DNA of 64,000 bases from Obrimoposthia wandeli (lineage: Eukaryota). Made by a program: the position numbers and the translations under genes. Positions 13,346-26,198 of the stretch are shown one piece after another. Position 1 is the stretch's first letter; the number at the start of each line of letters is the position of its first letter. Under the pieces are notes generated by a model, which saw only the letters and a list, made by a program, of their open reading frames with translations, was not told where the DNA came from and did not search any database. The stretch spans positions 930,001 to 994,000 of the forward strand of contig CDROCS010000868.1 in the NCBI GenBank assembly GCA_977020255.1, in the 5' to 3' direction.

Positions 13346-14838
13346 GATAAAAGTGATCACGAAGTATTACTCAATTAGCCATAACTAATATTCCTACGGT
13401 TACAAACATACACACACGCACACAATGTCACAAATAATGACTAACAACTAAGTAAATACATTATCCTAAGTGCTTACTGTCATAAAACAAGGCTTAGAAA
13501 CTATGATGAAATTTCAATTGAATTATACAATAAATTAGTCTAGGCATTTAATATTTTTACGGTACAAACACACACATGAATACATATAGTAACAAGTTTT
13601 GCAAAACGTGGCATTCATTATTACTCATTCACACAGATACATATAGTAGCAAGTTTTTCGTAAATCACCTTTCTTACACATACATGTCTGATTTTTTTTA
13701 TTATTTAACTAATATAATATTTCAAATATAGTTTTTCTTAAATATAAAGCCACTTCTTTTAAAAGATAGTAATACAGTTCTTATATACTCTTCTCGGGCA
13801 ATTAATTTCTTTGTTGCATTTGATAATAAAATACATGTTATAACCTAGATATATGAAACTAATTGAAATGTAGTTAATGACACTTGTTTAAATTATTAAG
13901 AAATTGAACAAGTAATCAAATGTCAATAGAAAGACATAGCAAGTAATTTCGTATATGTGCAAAAATGTATTTGTTCCCAGAATTTAAATTTAATAAACTA
14001 CTTGCAAATAGTTATAATTAGTTTTAACTATAATATTTATTTATTTTAATATAGATTCTATAAGTCAAAACTAAAACAACCTTTTATCGACCCCAACTCC
14101 ATTTAATCCAAATTATTTATCTTTACAAAAATATAGTTGAGTCGCTGTTGGCTGAAAATTTATAATTGTGGCCAAAATTTAGTTAATTTGTACATTAAAT
14201 CAGTGCCAAAATATTTTATTGATCATCATTAGATTTTGAAATATTACAATGAAATTTCAGATTTCCTGTTTAATCTTATAAACGGCCAATTTATGAAAAT
14301 CAGCCTCTTCATTTCCGCAGTCTCAGATAAGATTAAGATGATATTTATGAGAGTCAACATTTAAATATTTGTTAAATTATTTAGATAGTATGAATAATTG
14401 AGTATCATATTTGTGTGAATTTTAAATTTCTTTTTCTCTCTTAAAATATATCCATTCGCCTTACGCAATAAAATTTCGCTTAAAAATGTAGGTTATAGAA
14501 AGTTTCACTTTATGTACAATTTCAATTCAGAAGTAAAAACTTTGATAGGCACTTGTGAAGTAACATTTTAATATAGCTGAATAGGTTAAAATAAACTTCA
14601 TTACAAATAATGGGGGGGAAATCAGAGTTACAACCAGCCGGAAATATCTCGTCAGGTCAGTATCGGCAAGTAAATTTTAAAAAATCTAAATTTAAAAATA
14701 TATATAGTCTATAATTTATTACTTTTATTTATAAATTTTAAATTATGTTTAATTTAAGTTTAACTTTTCAATGTTTTGTATAACTTACAAACTCTGTTAC
14801 ACAAAAAGATTAAAAAAATTAACTAATTAAACAGTTAT

Positions 14839-16902
14839 AACTGACTCACAAATCACTACTATGTTGAATTACAAAATGTATTATATAGCCAGACACACAA
14901 CAAGCACTCTAAAGTGCATCATCTGTCATCACTTGGCCAATTGCACATTCCACAATCACCAGGTAATTCAGCAATTAAGTGTACCCGATCATCAAACAAA
15001 CAAATCGTGGAGTTAAAAAACACATATCTGCAACATTAATATTGCTATACAATTCACCTCAAAACTAACCCCACTCTGCTCTCCATCTGACTACTTATCT
15101 ACCTACTTAAATTCCACATACAAAACCTTATTCCACAGTTATCAAACATAACTTACGAACAGTTCTAACTATCTCTTTACCTTGACATCTTATTCTCGCT
15201 ACCTTAACCTTACCATCATTAACTGACATCAATTTGATTACCCTTCCTAACAGGCAAGTTCCGCTTTCATTTTTAATTTATAGCAAATTTATAGTATGAT
15301 TTGATAACCATTTAAAATTTGGTTCAATTTCAACAGTTTTTTTATCTTTTCACATTTCCAGACAAATTCAATTGTTTTACTTCATCGTAAAAATATTTAT
15401 TTTTATGTTCTTTTAATACCTTTATTTCCAAAATTGTAATTATTTTACGCTTAATTCCTCAGCAATCCGTTTCTACTATCTTACTTTACAATTATTAATA
15501 AATCGCATAACCCAAGCTCATACTCTCACTAATCTACTAAAACTGAAATAAATATTCACCTGAAAACCATCTGAAACTGATGTGATTAATGCTACTGTAT
15601 GCTTCTTTCTTTCTGCATCATCACTCTTGTTTTGAAAACTCGAACTTGATGGTCATTTTTCTCACCCTTTGATAGAAATTCTGATTTATGCCACCATAAA
15701 TCATTATTGGTACATTGAAATGCGTCGCTGCCACGAGACAAAATATCTGTTGGCTTTTGTTGAGAGAGAACATATCGCCATTGTCCAGGAATTATGACTT
15801 TTTGTATCTGTCTTACACAAATAATCACAAAATATTTAAAGCACCTTCTGGGTTGTTTGATCTTCTAAATCACGGTCTACTATCACTCTAAAACACAATT
15901 CCATTGACGTCTTTCTTTCCATCGCTTACAAACAACTCTGACAATCAAATAACTTCGCATGCTGCTTTAGTTCTAATCTTAGAATACTTACTGATTTTAA
16001 AGGAGTCACTACTGGTCTTTCCTATTGTAAAAGTATAATTTACATCGCCATCATTGCTAATCCACTTCTTCGCCACCATTCCAGGTTTTTTTCCCAACTT
16101 CAGTAAAATCATTTTTCAAATTTATTACTTTTCCACTGAACGAATCTAATGTGTCGACCATATAGACAGATTCAAGGATTAATTCAGCAACTCTTGGCAA
16201 GGTCTGGTCAAATTAACAAGCATTCCTATTTCGGTTGTAGATCTTTCATATTCTTCATTTTCAACATTATCAATTTTCCAAAATCTTCGTAATTGAACGT
16301 AAAGGTCAGCATTTGTTGAAAAGGCATAAATGAAATTTGTTTGATTTTCTACATATCTGCTCACCTTTACTTTCCCTATGCTTGTCCAGCTAGTGGAGTT
16401 AACCTGGATACAGAGTTAACTCGATTTCCTACGATTTCTCTAATTGACAGTTGCAATTCAATTTGGTCTTGCTTTTTCTATAGAAACCTTATAGAAAACC
16501 TTATTCCCTTTAAATGATTTCAATGTCTTCCTGCTTCTAAAATATTCTCGAATTTACGAACAGGTTGATTAAAGTTAGTTTAAACTCTATACATTCGTTG
16601 TTTTCGGAAATATTCATGATTATGTATACTAACAGCCATTGAAAGTTTCTTTAGAATTATATTCTTTGCTGTACTATAACATCAAAGAACAAAAATTTTA
16701 CACATCACCAAAACAACCGAAATACACTCCTACAGCAACTAAAACTGACTCACAAATCACTAAAATACCACTGAACATCCAACTGTGTTGAATCAAACAA
16801 TATATTATATATATTATATAGCCAGACACACAACAAGCACTTTAAAGTACATCATTCCTCCTAACATGACTTGATTGACCAATCCACAGGTAATTCAGCA
16901 AT
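14839..16902 (-). mobile_element. Decayed, internally deleted BEL/Pao LTR retrotransposon
   Basis: Diverged direct repeats 14839-14975 and 16743-16902 (LTR-like); minus-strand pol fragments QLRRFWKID, VTPLKSVSILRLEL, QWRYV..KPTDILSRG..LWW and NDGKVKVARIRCQGKEIVRTVRKLC. Confidence 0.75.
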
Positions 16903-19900
16903 AAACAATTTTCTCAATCTGTATGAAAAGTTGGAAGAAGTATTTTTTAAAGCAAGGTTAACTATCATATACTAATATGTCTAATTCGATGTTTTTAGTT
17001 TTAGAAATACATTTTAAAAAAGAAAATTCATTTAAATTTTATTAAAATTGGATGAAATCAAAAGGTTCGACATTAAATGTAGAAAAATCTGAAACTATTT
17101 AACGAATGATTGTTTCTCGTTTAGCTAACATGTCAAAAGAAAGGAAAAACTAAATTTGATTGAATTTTGTTTCTTTATTTTTTATATAGAACTGATAGTA
17201 CTTGAGGCGTTTTTATTGTAAATACCACAGGAAAATGAGGCGGTTTAAGAAATGTAGATTATTATTATATATCACAAATATAAAAACACATTATATATCA
17301 CAAATATAAAAACACATTGAATTGTGAAAACAGTCAATCAAATAAATAATGTATCTAAACAAACAGAAATATTGATTGGACCACCTATAAAGTTATCTAA
17401 ATTTCACTTTAAATAGTCTCTCCTATAGGATACCCCAGAATGATAATTAAAACAAGTGCAAAGATTCAAAATTCATGTACACTTTTAATCTTTAAAAAAT
17501 TATAAAAACGTAAGTGTAAGTGTACATTTTAAGAGAGAATCAATTATAAGAATATATGGAGTATGGATAAGTAAAGTGGATTTCCGGAGTATAGAAATTC
17601 GCGGTTGTTTAGATAGAAAACGTAAATTTGCATTTATTGAGCCAATGCATTTATATCACCAGGACACTGGAGAATTGCAGAGCCGTAAATAGATAAAAAC
17701 ACAACAAAAACAAAAGGGCATGTTCATTTACGCACTTGAAATGCATCTTAACTTATTTTATATTCTTCTAAATATATCCTTTTTCTTGACATATTACTTT
17801 AATCCAAACTGATTCAAACTCTTCAAAAATTGCGATACACTAATAAATTACTTTATTAACATTTTCTTAGTGTATAAAAAATTTACTGGTGTAAAATAAT
17901 TATAATATGTGTTTTGTTGTTTATTTCTTTTATTAATGAGATTAATTAATCTATAAATAAATTATTTTCATTGGTAAATACGGTCAATTTAAATTGTACT
18001 TCCGTGTCCAGTGAAAATTAAATTGGCATTAAAACTTAATTAATAAGAGTGCTCTTCAATATATATTGCAAGAAAAAAACTATATAAAAATATATTTCAG
18101 CAAAAAAATTAAAATTAATTAAATTTATCTCATTGTATTCACGAACGATGAAGAGATAAAACAACTTACTTACTTTCTGTCACGACTATTTTATTTCATT
18201 TCAGCTAGTTTTTTACTTCGACAAATAATATTTAACTTAGAAAATAAAATAAGATTTAATATGTATGGTTGATGACTAATTGCTGCTTTAGTAAGTTTTG
18301 CTTAATCGATATTTAATCGAAATTCAAATAGGCTAATAGAAACAAACGGCACAAAAATATATCCTGAAATTTACAACAAGTTATGAAAAAGTCAATCTAA
18401 GTCATCTGCCGCAGAAATAAAGCTTTTCTCGATTAAAGAAATTTTTAAGAAATTATCGGAATTTTCTTCCAGGCAATGTAAATGATTTTATGATTGCTAT
18501 GTGTAACTATAAATAAATTTGTATGAATACTTGTGAGTTTTATTATATTAAAATAAATAAAATTTAGATCAAAAAAGTCAAGTTTCTGCTTTTTAGATTT
18601 TAAAAGTTGCCCTAATGATAATATGAGCTGATGAGTTTTCTGATTTCGAAAATGAATATGGTCCTACTTACTGCCATATTATTTATTCGTAATTGTCGCA
18701 ACTGGGTAAAAGGGAAACGGCTAGGATTTTGTTAGAGCTACATTATATTTCCTAAGTTGAATTTGAACTTTGACCATTTTCTACTTTCTCCTTGATAGCG
18801 CTTAACTTCAGACTACATGTTGACGTCTATAATAGTTTTTCCCATGCAATAGAGTTCAGACAGCTTGGAAAAACTAAATCCTTCTTTAGTTTGTGAAATA
18901 TTTTCAATTTTTGTCCAATAGTTAAAACTGTTATTTTCCCATTCAAATTATTCGGTGACACAGTTAACACTGATGAAATTTTCTTTCTCACGAATTTAAT
19001 TTTTACAGATTTTTTTTGTCAATTTTCTTTTTTTAACACGCTTTAAATATACCGAAATCTTTTATAACACCAATAATACACTATAAGAAAGATAAAAATA
19101 AATATCTCATTTCTCATTTCTCATTTAACCTTTTCATCGAAGACCTTTTCTTCCACACTTTATTGATTTATCAAACCTTTGATTAAATTTAGTAAATTAA
19201 AAAATTTACTTCAAAACAGCTTCTCAACTTACCCAGCTTATTATGGAAAAATATTTATCATTACTCGCTTCAAAATGTCTACAAGAAGTGCAATGAATTC
19301 GTAATGATTTAGCACTTGTCCATGAGTACATGCTTTTTGTGTTTATTAATGTATAATAAACTTATGATATGTTCTTCCTACTAATGATTCACTCGGATTA
19401 TCCTTTGTATCTCATTTCCTTAGCACTACAGTGACAGGCTTTATTTGGACCAGCATCAAAACATTTTATGCGGATTTCCAGACTCAACATACCACAATTG
19501 TATTTTAGTAGTATAGTGTCGGTACAAACTCAAAGGAACAAAGCCCCCCGGTGAGGGCTGTTTCTTTGAGTTAGTATCAATACTTTAGTGCCTAAAAAGT
19601 CTAAATATAGTCATTTTTAGACAGAATGTCGTTCAAATTGCTTAATATTGCTTAAAATTACACATCAAGTCTCAAAATCGCGCATACTAACTCAAGACAA
19701 TAGGTCCCCGGGGGGTACCTTTTACTGCAAAACCAATTTGACGCTGTATGCAGGATTTCAAGACTTGACCTAATTTTGGTCTGAAAATCACACATAATAA
19801 CTCAAAGCAATGCCCTCCTCCCGTGGGAAGTACCCTTTGCTGCAAAACTATTTTGACGTAGTATGCACGATTTCAAGACCATTTCCAATATCGCGCTATA

Positions 19901-20153
19901 TATCTTACCGTTTAAAACAAATTAGTAAATGATTTTAAGTGACCAAAGTCTCCCTTGCAGAGCCTCCTAAGAGGGGAGCTATTCATCCGAAGACAAGGCA
20001 GCCCCTTTGGCAAAGATTATATATTTATATTAATTTTGTTTAACCTTGAAAAAAAAGAAAGTAATATCAATAAATTATTTATTCATATGATTACAAATCG
20101 GCGTCTCATGATGATAGTAGTATAGAATATCTTCCATAACTATTAAATGTATA

Positions 20154-20342
20154 TTAACTGTATATTAAATATTTTAAAAATAAAACCTTACCTTGATGAT
20201 ATTGAAAATGTTCTAGTATCCTTAATTCGAAAAGTTCCGGAGAACAATATACTGAAAAATATTGAGATGTATAAAGTTTGAAAATGTCTTCTTTAAGGTT
20301 TGTGCGAAGAGCACATAACATATCCAACGTACTTAGAGTCAT
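20154..20342 (-). CDS. Small ORF of unknown function inside the Polinton
   Basis: 62-aa ORF between protease fragment and TIR; no motif recognised. Confidence 0.2.
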   Translation of the reverse strand: MTLSTLDMLCALRTNLKEDIFKLYTSQYFSVYCSPELFELRILEHFQYHQGKVLFLKYLIYS

Positions 20343-20509
20343 AATGATGAAAAACTAAAGTGTTTCGATTATATGAAAACCTAACTTCAATATAATTGGT
20401 CAACTAATCAAATTAATCTTATATAATAAATAAATCGATTCAACACAAAAGTTGTATTGTTATATACAAGTGAATGAATGAATGATGATAATATAATACA
20501 AATGATGCT

Positions 20510-20690
20510 ATACACTATCACGTCTCACGAAGAACGCAATCCAGTGTTCACCAGGTAAATTACTCGTATGAGAATTTACAACATATCGGCCAGGCTTTAG
20601 AGACGGTATTTCATCCATAGAAAACACTCCTTTGAATTTATGTTCCAATAATTCAATTCCCACAGTATTAACCTGTTTAGAACTACATTT
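20510..20690 (-). pseudogene. PRO: Adenain-like cysteine protease, N-terminal fragment
   Basis: Hand translation LEHKFKGVFSMDEIPSLKPGRYVVNSHTSNLPGEHWIAFFV fits Polinton protease FxGVF..D..P...VNT..S..PG.HW. Confidence 0.85.
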
Positions 20691-20720
20691 ATTAAGATCA
20701 ATAAATAATCAACACTTATT

Positions 20721-21439
20721 TCATCCTAAAATTGCACGTTTGCCTTTAGTTACTTGAATTTCAGTATTGAAAACACGGTAAATTATAATGTTTGATGGAT
20801 GTTCCAATCCCTTGAGAAACTTTACTTCAAGTCTTAGATTACCTTGTATCGGTAATTGATGTTGATTTATATCAAAGTCAGGGGCCAATACGAATGTAAA
20901 AAATGGATAACCTATGTTTATATTCTTATCCAATAATCCCATGTTTCTAACCAGTGATTGAATATATTCAAACATGTATTCATCTTTTTCAAAGTTTGTA
21001 GTGTACGTTTCAACAAAATCAGTGTTTCTACTAAGGGAAATTGAACCGACATTACAATGATCAAATTCTGAAGTGTCTGTTTCACTAGACCCGTTCATTT
21101 TAATTTTATGTTTAAATGTAACCAAAACAAATTTAGGTAATTGCTCATCATCAAAATTAGGTGATTTATAAAATGTTGTAGAACCTTTAGGTAGTGAATA
21201 ATGTACCACGTTTCCCCGTCTATATGGATAAACCGCATTTTGAGTTTCCAAACCAACCTTATGAGCATCAAAACTGATGGTTCAACTCGTACACGTCTAA
21301 CTTTCATTTTGGCATCTAAAAATTTTATTCTATAATGAGTTGTACCTATTTTTAGTGACATGTTTGCATTGGAAATAATCAATTTTATACCGACATTCAT
21401 ACCGGGAAGCAGATATTTGGGTTGTTCAAGATTGTTCAT
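20721..21439 (-). pseudogene. MCP: Polinton major capsid protein, C-terminal part, frameshifted
   Basis: QPKYLLPGMNVGIKL, KFLDAKMKVRRVRVEPSV, FTFVLAPDFD, GNLRLEVKF, NIIIYRVFNTEIQV; N-terminus missing. Confidence 0.88.
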
Positions 21440-21614
21440 TCTGTTTTATTAAGACCCAGTACAAATTCCATATTAAACATTATACTTGAAATATTAGATT
21501 TTTACTTGAATTTAATGAATTTATATTTTTCAATATATAACATGCTAAAAATATGATTACATTTAGATAACGTATTTAACTAATCCATTCAAATCTGTTC
21601 TATTGAAATCGTTG

Positions 21615-22256
21615 TCAAACAAGATTTTTTGAATTGATATTTTTCTCTCCTAAGTGATAATATTCAAATTTTGTTGATACATATTTATGATGTATGGTTG
21701 TTTGGGAAGTTAAAATACCATTATCATCAGATGCTAAGTAATTTTCACGGTTTAATTGATTATTTAGGAAACCCAATTGATTTTTCGATTTTTTCAATAG
21801 TTTTATATAGAATTTCTGTTTATTTACAGTTTTTATAACAAGTACCTTTTTTATTTTATCTTCACCATATGTACCAAACTCACAATAAAGATTAGCAATG
21901 CATTTTGATGATTTTATTTCTACTTTTAAAATTTTCTTTATAATAAATTTAACAGGTTTCTGCTTATCATTATGAATTTTCTCATGTTTAAATTCAACAT
22001 TTAATGAGACAGTATCGGTTTTCTTAGCACTAACCGTTTCCTTATAATTAATTTCACCACCCTTGTGTAAAATAACAGGTGTATTACTATAAGTAAATTC
22101 TGTCAATGCAACTTCCCATTCACTATGAAGTTCTATTGAATTTTCCCAATCAACAATTAATTTCGATGCATTATTATCAGGTTGAGTGTTTGGACAACTA
22201 TTAGATGGTAACACAATATAGAATTTTTTTACTCTATCTGGTTTGCTTGTATCCAT
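21615..22256 (-). pseudogene. mCP: Polinton minor capsid (penton) protein, C-terminally truncated
   Basis: FYIVLPSNSCPNTQPDNNASKLIVDWENSIELHSEWEVALTEFTY is the typical FY.TLPSN...N..S...L...L.G.WEVAL.E N-terminus. Confidence 0.88.
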
Positions 22257-23100
22257 GTTGGTGTTTTATACCCATGCCACTTTACGTAATATTGTTTATT
22301 CTTACCTCGACCTTTAGATTTAATGAATTCTAGAATTCTTTTGGTTTATCAATAACTTGTAATTCTTGCTCATAAAACTTTCCCTCTATCAGACTTTTAT
22401 CCTCAACTATGGTGTTATACATTACGGGGTTTGCATGTAAATTGATTTTTGCTATTTCAAATACTTCATTACTCCAATTATTATCAAAACTTTTAATAAA
22501 AGGTGTTGTACTTAGGTGTGATATGCGAACAAAATCTCCAACTTTGTATTTGGGTTTCTTTATTATTGATTTTTTATTACGAGAAAACCAATCATCAAAT
22601 GAAATATCAATAGGTTTCTTACCACCTAAACCGCGATGTGGTGAGTGATTATATGAAATTAACAGTTTAGCCTTTACCTTTACCCATTTCTTTGATCCAA
22701 TTACAACAAAATGTTTCTTTAATTGATCTCTTGATGTCCTATTAAATCGTTCAACTAAGGCCGCTTTAAAGTGTGAAAACACAGAGTATTGATTTACTCC
22801 TAATTTATCAAAAGTTGCTTTAACATGTTTGTTATAAAACTTTTTTCCAGCATCTGTTTGTACATTATCGGGTACAACATCAATCATATTTTTGATGGCA
22901 GCATCTATATCTTTACCGGATTTTTATTTTACTAGTTCAGCACGCCTAAATCTGGTAAATACATCAATACATGTTAATATATATTTGTAACCGCTATTTA
23001 TACGTGAAATTTCTTTACTCGATTAGCTTTGATATCAACACCAGGTTTCCAATTTGTATCAACATAATTAGGTATTTTTATTTTGTCGAAATTCATTTTA
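22229..23100 (-). pseudogene. INT: Retroviral-like integrase with C-terminal chromodomain
   Basis: GYKYILTCIDVFTR, VQTDAGKKFYN, KAALVERFNRT, SYNHSPHR; after a frameshift KSKGRGKNKQYYVKWHGYKTPTWI (chromodomain). Confidence 0.92.
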
Positions 23101-23129
23101 AAGAAATATTATCTTTGATTTTGTTCATA

Positions 23130-23595
23130 CACCATACATTTGTAGAAAATATTGGTTCTTATTCTCAATTCATCAGGACATGATTGAGTAAAATCAAGAA
23201 ACAAGTAATCATGAGGACTTTTAGTTGCATCTTGAAATGAATTTATCAAATATTGCCTGTTATTAGAAAATGCTTAACGTGAAACATAGTCAATAAACGT
23301 TTGATCACGAGGATTCTTAAACAAAACCAAGTAATGTACGTTTAAATTACGTGTTATCTGTTTACCGCATTGATGAAATAGGTTTTGAGTAATGAAAATT
23401 ACGGTAACACAGTTTGTCTTGCTATTTTAGTGAATAAATTATTAAAGTTTGACTCTTTATTTGCTTCATCATACAAGTCATCAATTACTATAAGATCATC
23501 ACGTTTTAACCGTTTTAACCAGTTTTGATCAAAACCATTGATAAATTTAATGTTTTTAAGTTTACATAATTCACTTTTAGTTAACCCGGATTCGC
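23130..23595 (-). pseudogene. ATPase: A32-like DNA packaging ATPase, Walker A region deleted
   Basis: DDLIVIDDLYDEA (Walker B), VIFITQNLFHQ, NVHYLVLFKNPRDQ, DATKSPHDYLFLDFTQSCPDELRIRTNIF. Confidence 0.88.
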
Positions 23596-23656
23596 ATCAT
23601 TTTTAAGTTTCATTATAATAATAATAATAATAATAAGATAAGAATAAGAATATTAT

Positions 23657-23941
23657 TTATAGGCATTTTATTAATATATACACTGAAAACAATTTAAAAA
23701 TTGATACAGAAAATGTTATATACATCATGTTTGAACGATTTATCTGAATGAAATTTTCAAAATCCTTTTTCCATTTGATATCTCTATAGACATAAGTGTG
23801 AACAATTTTCTTTATATTATCACGAGAAAGTCCATTAAAACTAGAAAAGTACTGAACTCCATTTATTGTTCCGTTCATAATTTCATCAACAACATCATCA
23901 ACTAATTTATCGTTTATATTCATTTTTGGATAAATCACCAA
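23657..23941 (-). CDS. Accessory ORF of unknown function in the Polinton
   Basis: 94-aa ORF co-oriented with flanking Polinton genes; no motif recognised. Confidence 0.35.
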   Translation of the reverse strand: MVIYPKMNINDKLVDDVVDEIMNGTINGVQYFSSFNGLSRDNIKKIVHTYVYRDIKWKKDFENFIQINRSNMMYITFSVSIFKLFSVYILIKCL

Positions 23942-23944
23942 ATT

Positions 23945-24760
23945 TCAATTGTTTATACTATGAAATTTTACATTTCTTACTCGTCTTTCAATTATATGTC
24001 AACATAATGGACATGGTAGAAATACTACTTCAATATTCAACTCAGGTTCTTTGAAAATGTATGAAAGTATATTTATATAATGTTTTTCAGGGTTTAATTC
24101 TAAATTAGATAAATCACAAATCATTTCAAATAGTGATTTGTAATCTCCATATCGCATTATTTTATATTTTAAAACAGATTTTATTCTGTATTTTTTGTGA
24201 AAAACCTTTTCAAATTTCTGATTTGGTTGGTATCTATCAACATTTTGAATTTTTCTGTAGTTATAGGATATTCAATTATACAATCTGTTTGGATTTTCTC
24301 AATAACATTACCATCATTATAGGGTCCTAAACTTTTTGAATAACATATATCAGGTAATTTTACAACAATATCTGATACATATACTTTTCCAATCAATGGT
24401 GATGTATCAAAATCAATTTTCTTATTACTAGTTTTAATTATTGGTACATTTGAAACATTCAATTTTAAAAGAAATGTACATGTAAGAAAAAATTTCATAT
24501 GTTACTTTATTGGTTTAAGATACCATTCCACTTCGGATATTGCACCTTGACAGTATATACATTTTACTTTATCGGTTGAATCATCAGCATGTTTATCCGG
24601 CTTTAGCTAAATCATATGTAGATTGTTTTCCTTTAAAATTTATAAATAACGACTTCAATCTTTCACTTTCACGTCAATACTTCACTTGTAAAACTTTCCT
24701 TTTAGATTAATCTACTTTTCGTCTAACTAAAACATCATGAAGTATATAATCAACAAGCAT
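23945..24760 (-). pseudogene. IAP-like (BIR + RING) gene remnant
   Basis: ESERLKSLF..YDLAKAG / DKVKCIYCQGAISE..PIK*HMKFFLTCTFLLKLNVSNVP gives a BIR with C,C,H,C ligands, in frame with ORF 24181-24498; near 24030-23970 VVFLPC-PLC*HIIERRV resembles an internally deleted IAP RING. Confidence 0.78.
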
Positions 24761-24762
24761 TT

Positions 24763-25040
24763 TTAAAAATCAAATACATATATTTGTTCATAAGAAACTT
24801 TCAAGAAAAAAACAATAGACTTGACTTGACAATGATAATTAAAATCTTTAATACCATGAATAATCACTTTTCCACTAGCAAACACATTAACACATAGAGG
24901 ATAAAACTTTAAAATTCTGAGTGCTGTAAACAATTCTGGTTCAAACATACAATTTCTTCCCATTTTCAAAGATATCTTAAACAAATTAACCTTCTTGTTG
25001 ATATTTGCTCTTCGCACCAACCTTAAAGAAGAAATTGTTC
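24763..25040 (-). CDS. TATA-binding-protein (TBP)-like ORF, single repeat
   Basis: ANINKKVNLFKIS..NCMFEPELFTALRILKFYPLCVNVFASGKVIIHGIK matches the TBP repeat consensus ..IDL..LA....YEPE.FPGL.YR...P....LIF.SGKVVITGAK. Confidence 0.72.
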
Positions 25041-26094
25041 AATATCATTACAATCAAAGTATCACATGATCACATAAATAAATGATTTATTGAAATTACT
25101 TATTATTTGAATTTTTTAAGGTTAAAGGTTTACAATAAACAAAATAATCTAAATATACAATCTTTGCCAAAGGTGCTGCCCGGTCTTCGGATAAAGGGCT
25201 CCTTTCTTAGGAGGCTCCGCAAGAGAGACTTTGGTCACTTAAAATAATTTACTAAATATATAGCGCGATATTTGAAATGGTCTTGAAATCGTGCATACTA
25301 CGTCAAAATAGTTTTGCAGCAAAGGGTACTTCCCACGGGAGGAGGGCATTGCTTTGAGTTATTATGTGTGATTTTCAGACCAAAATTAGGTCAAGTCTTG
25401 AAATCCTGCATACAGCGTCAAATTGGTTTTGCAGTAAAAGGTACCCCCCGGGGACCTATTGTCTTGAGTTAGTATGCGCGATTTTGAGACTTGATGTGTA
25501 ATTTTAAGCAATATTAAGCAATTTGAACGACATTCTGTCTAAAAATGACTATATTTAGACTTTTTAGGCACTAAAGTATTGATACTAACTCAAAGGAACA
25601 GCCCCCAGAGGGGCTTTGATCCTTTGAGTTAGTACTGAAACTATATACTACTTATTTAATTTATTTGAATTTACCCATTTGAATTTAAAATCACAATAAA
25701 TGTAAATATCAGATGGGAAATGGTTTTTCATGCGATAATATAAACAAATTCATTTTTTTACCATAAAATGAGCATATAAAATCATTTGGTGCTTCGTCTA
25801 TATATAGTATATATATATATATATGTAGCAGTGATTCTTAAATTTTTTGTCGGCTGCACTCTTGTAAGTTTAAAAATATTTCATCGCTGTCTCCTAAAAC
25901 TATAAATATATAATTGCAAAAATATATGGCTCCTGAAATGTGATCAATTTACTATTCTCAAGTTAGTAAACAACTATCAATCATATTCTGAAAAAAACAG
26001 AGAACTTGAATTGCGGTGTAGCATGATTTGTAAACAAATGGTGTGATAATTTAGTTCGAAACAATTATTCGTTTGAGAGATTCCAATGACACAC

Positions 26095-26198
26095 CTAGGA
26101 CTTAGCGCCGTTCTCCTTTTTGTCCTTCCGGGAGGTAGAAACCGTATTTTACGTAGCCTTTCGATGACACTATTATTTTCTTTGATGAATTCAATGCA
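26095..26198 (-). CDS. Tentative host-gene exon
   Basis: ttttacctAG acceptor, GTGTGT donor, CIEFIKENNSVIERLRKIRFLPPGRTKRRTALSP; phase-2 end is compatible with exon 7366-7739 (a 1-in-3 coincidence is possible). Confidence 0.35.

Larger units (their letters stand above)
19507..25652 (-). mobile_element. Internally deleted Polinton/Maverick (6.1 kb) with both TIRs
   Basis: AGTAGTATA...TATACTACT termini; TIRs about 19507-20075 and 25080-25652; near-TSD TATTTT (19501-19506) / TATTTA (25653-25658); carries INT, ATPase, capsid and protease remnants, no pPolB. Confidence 0.92.
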
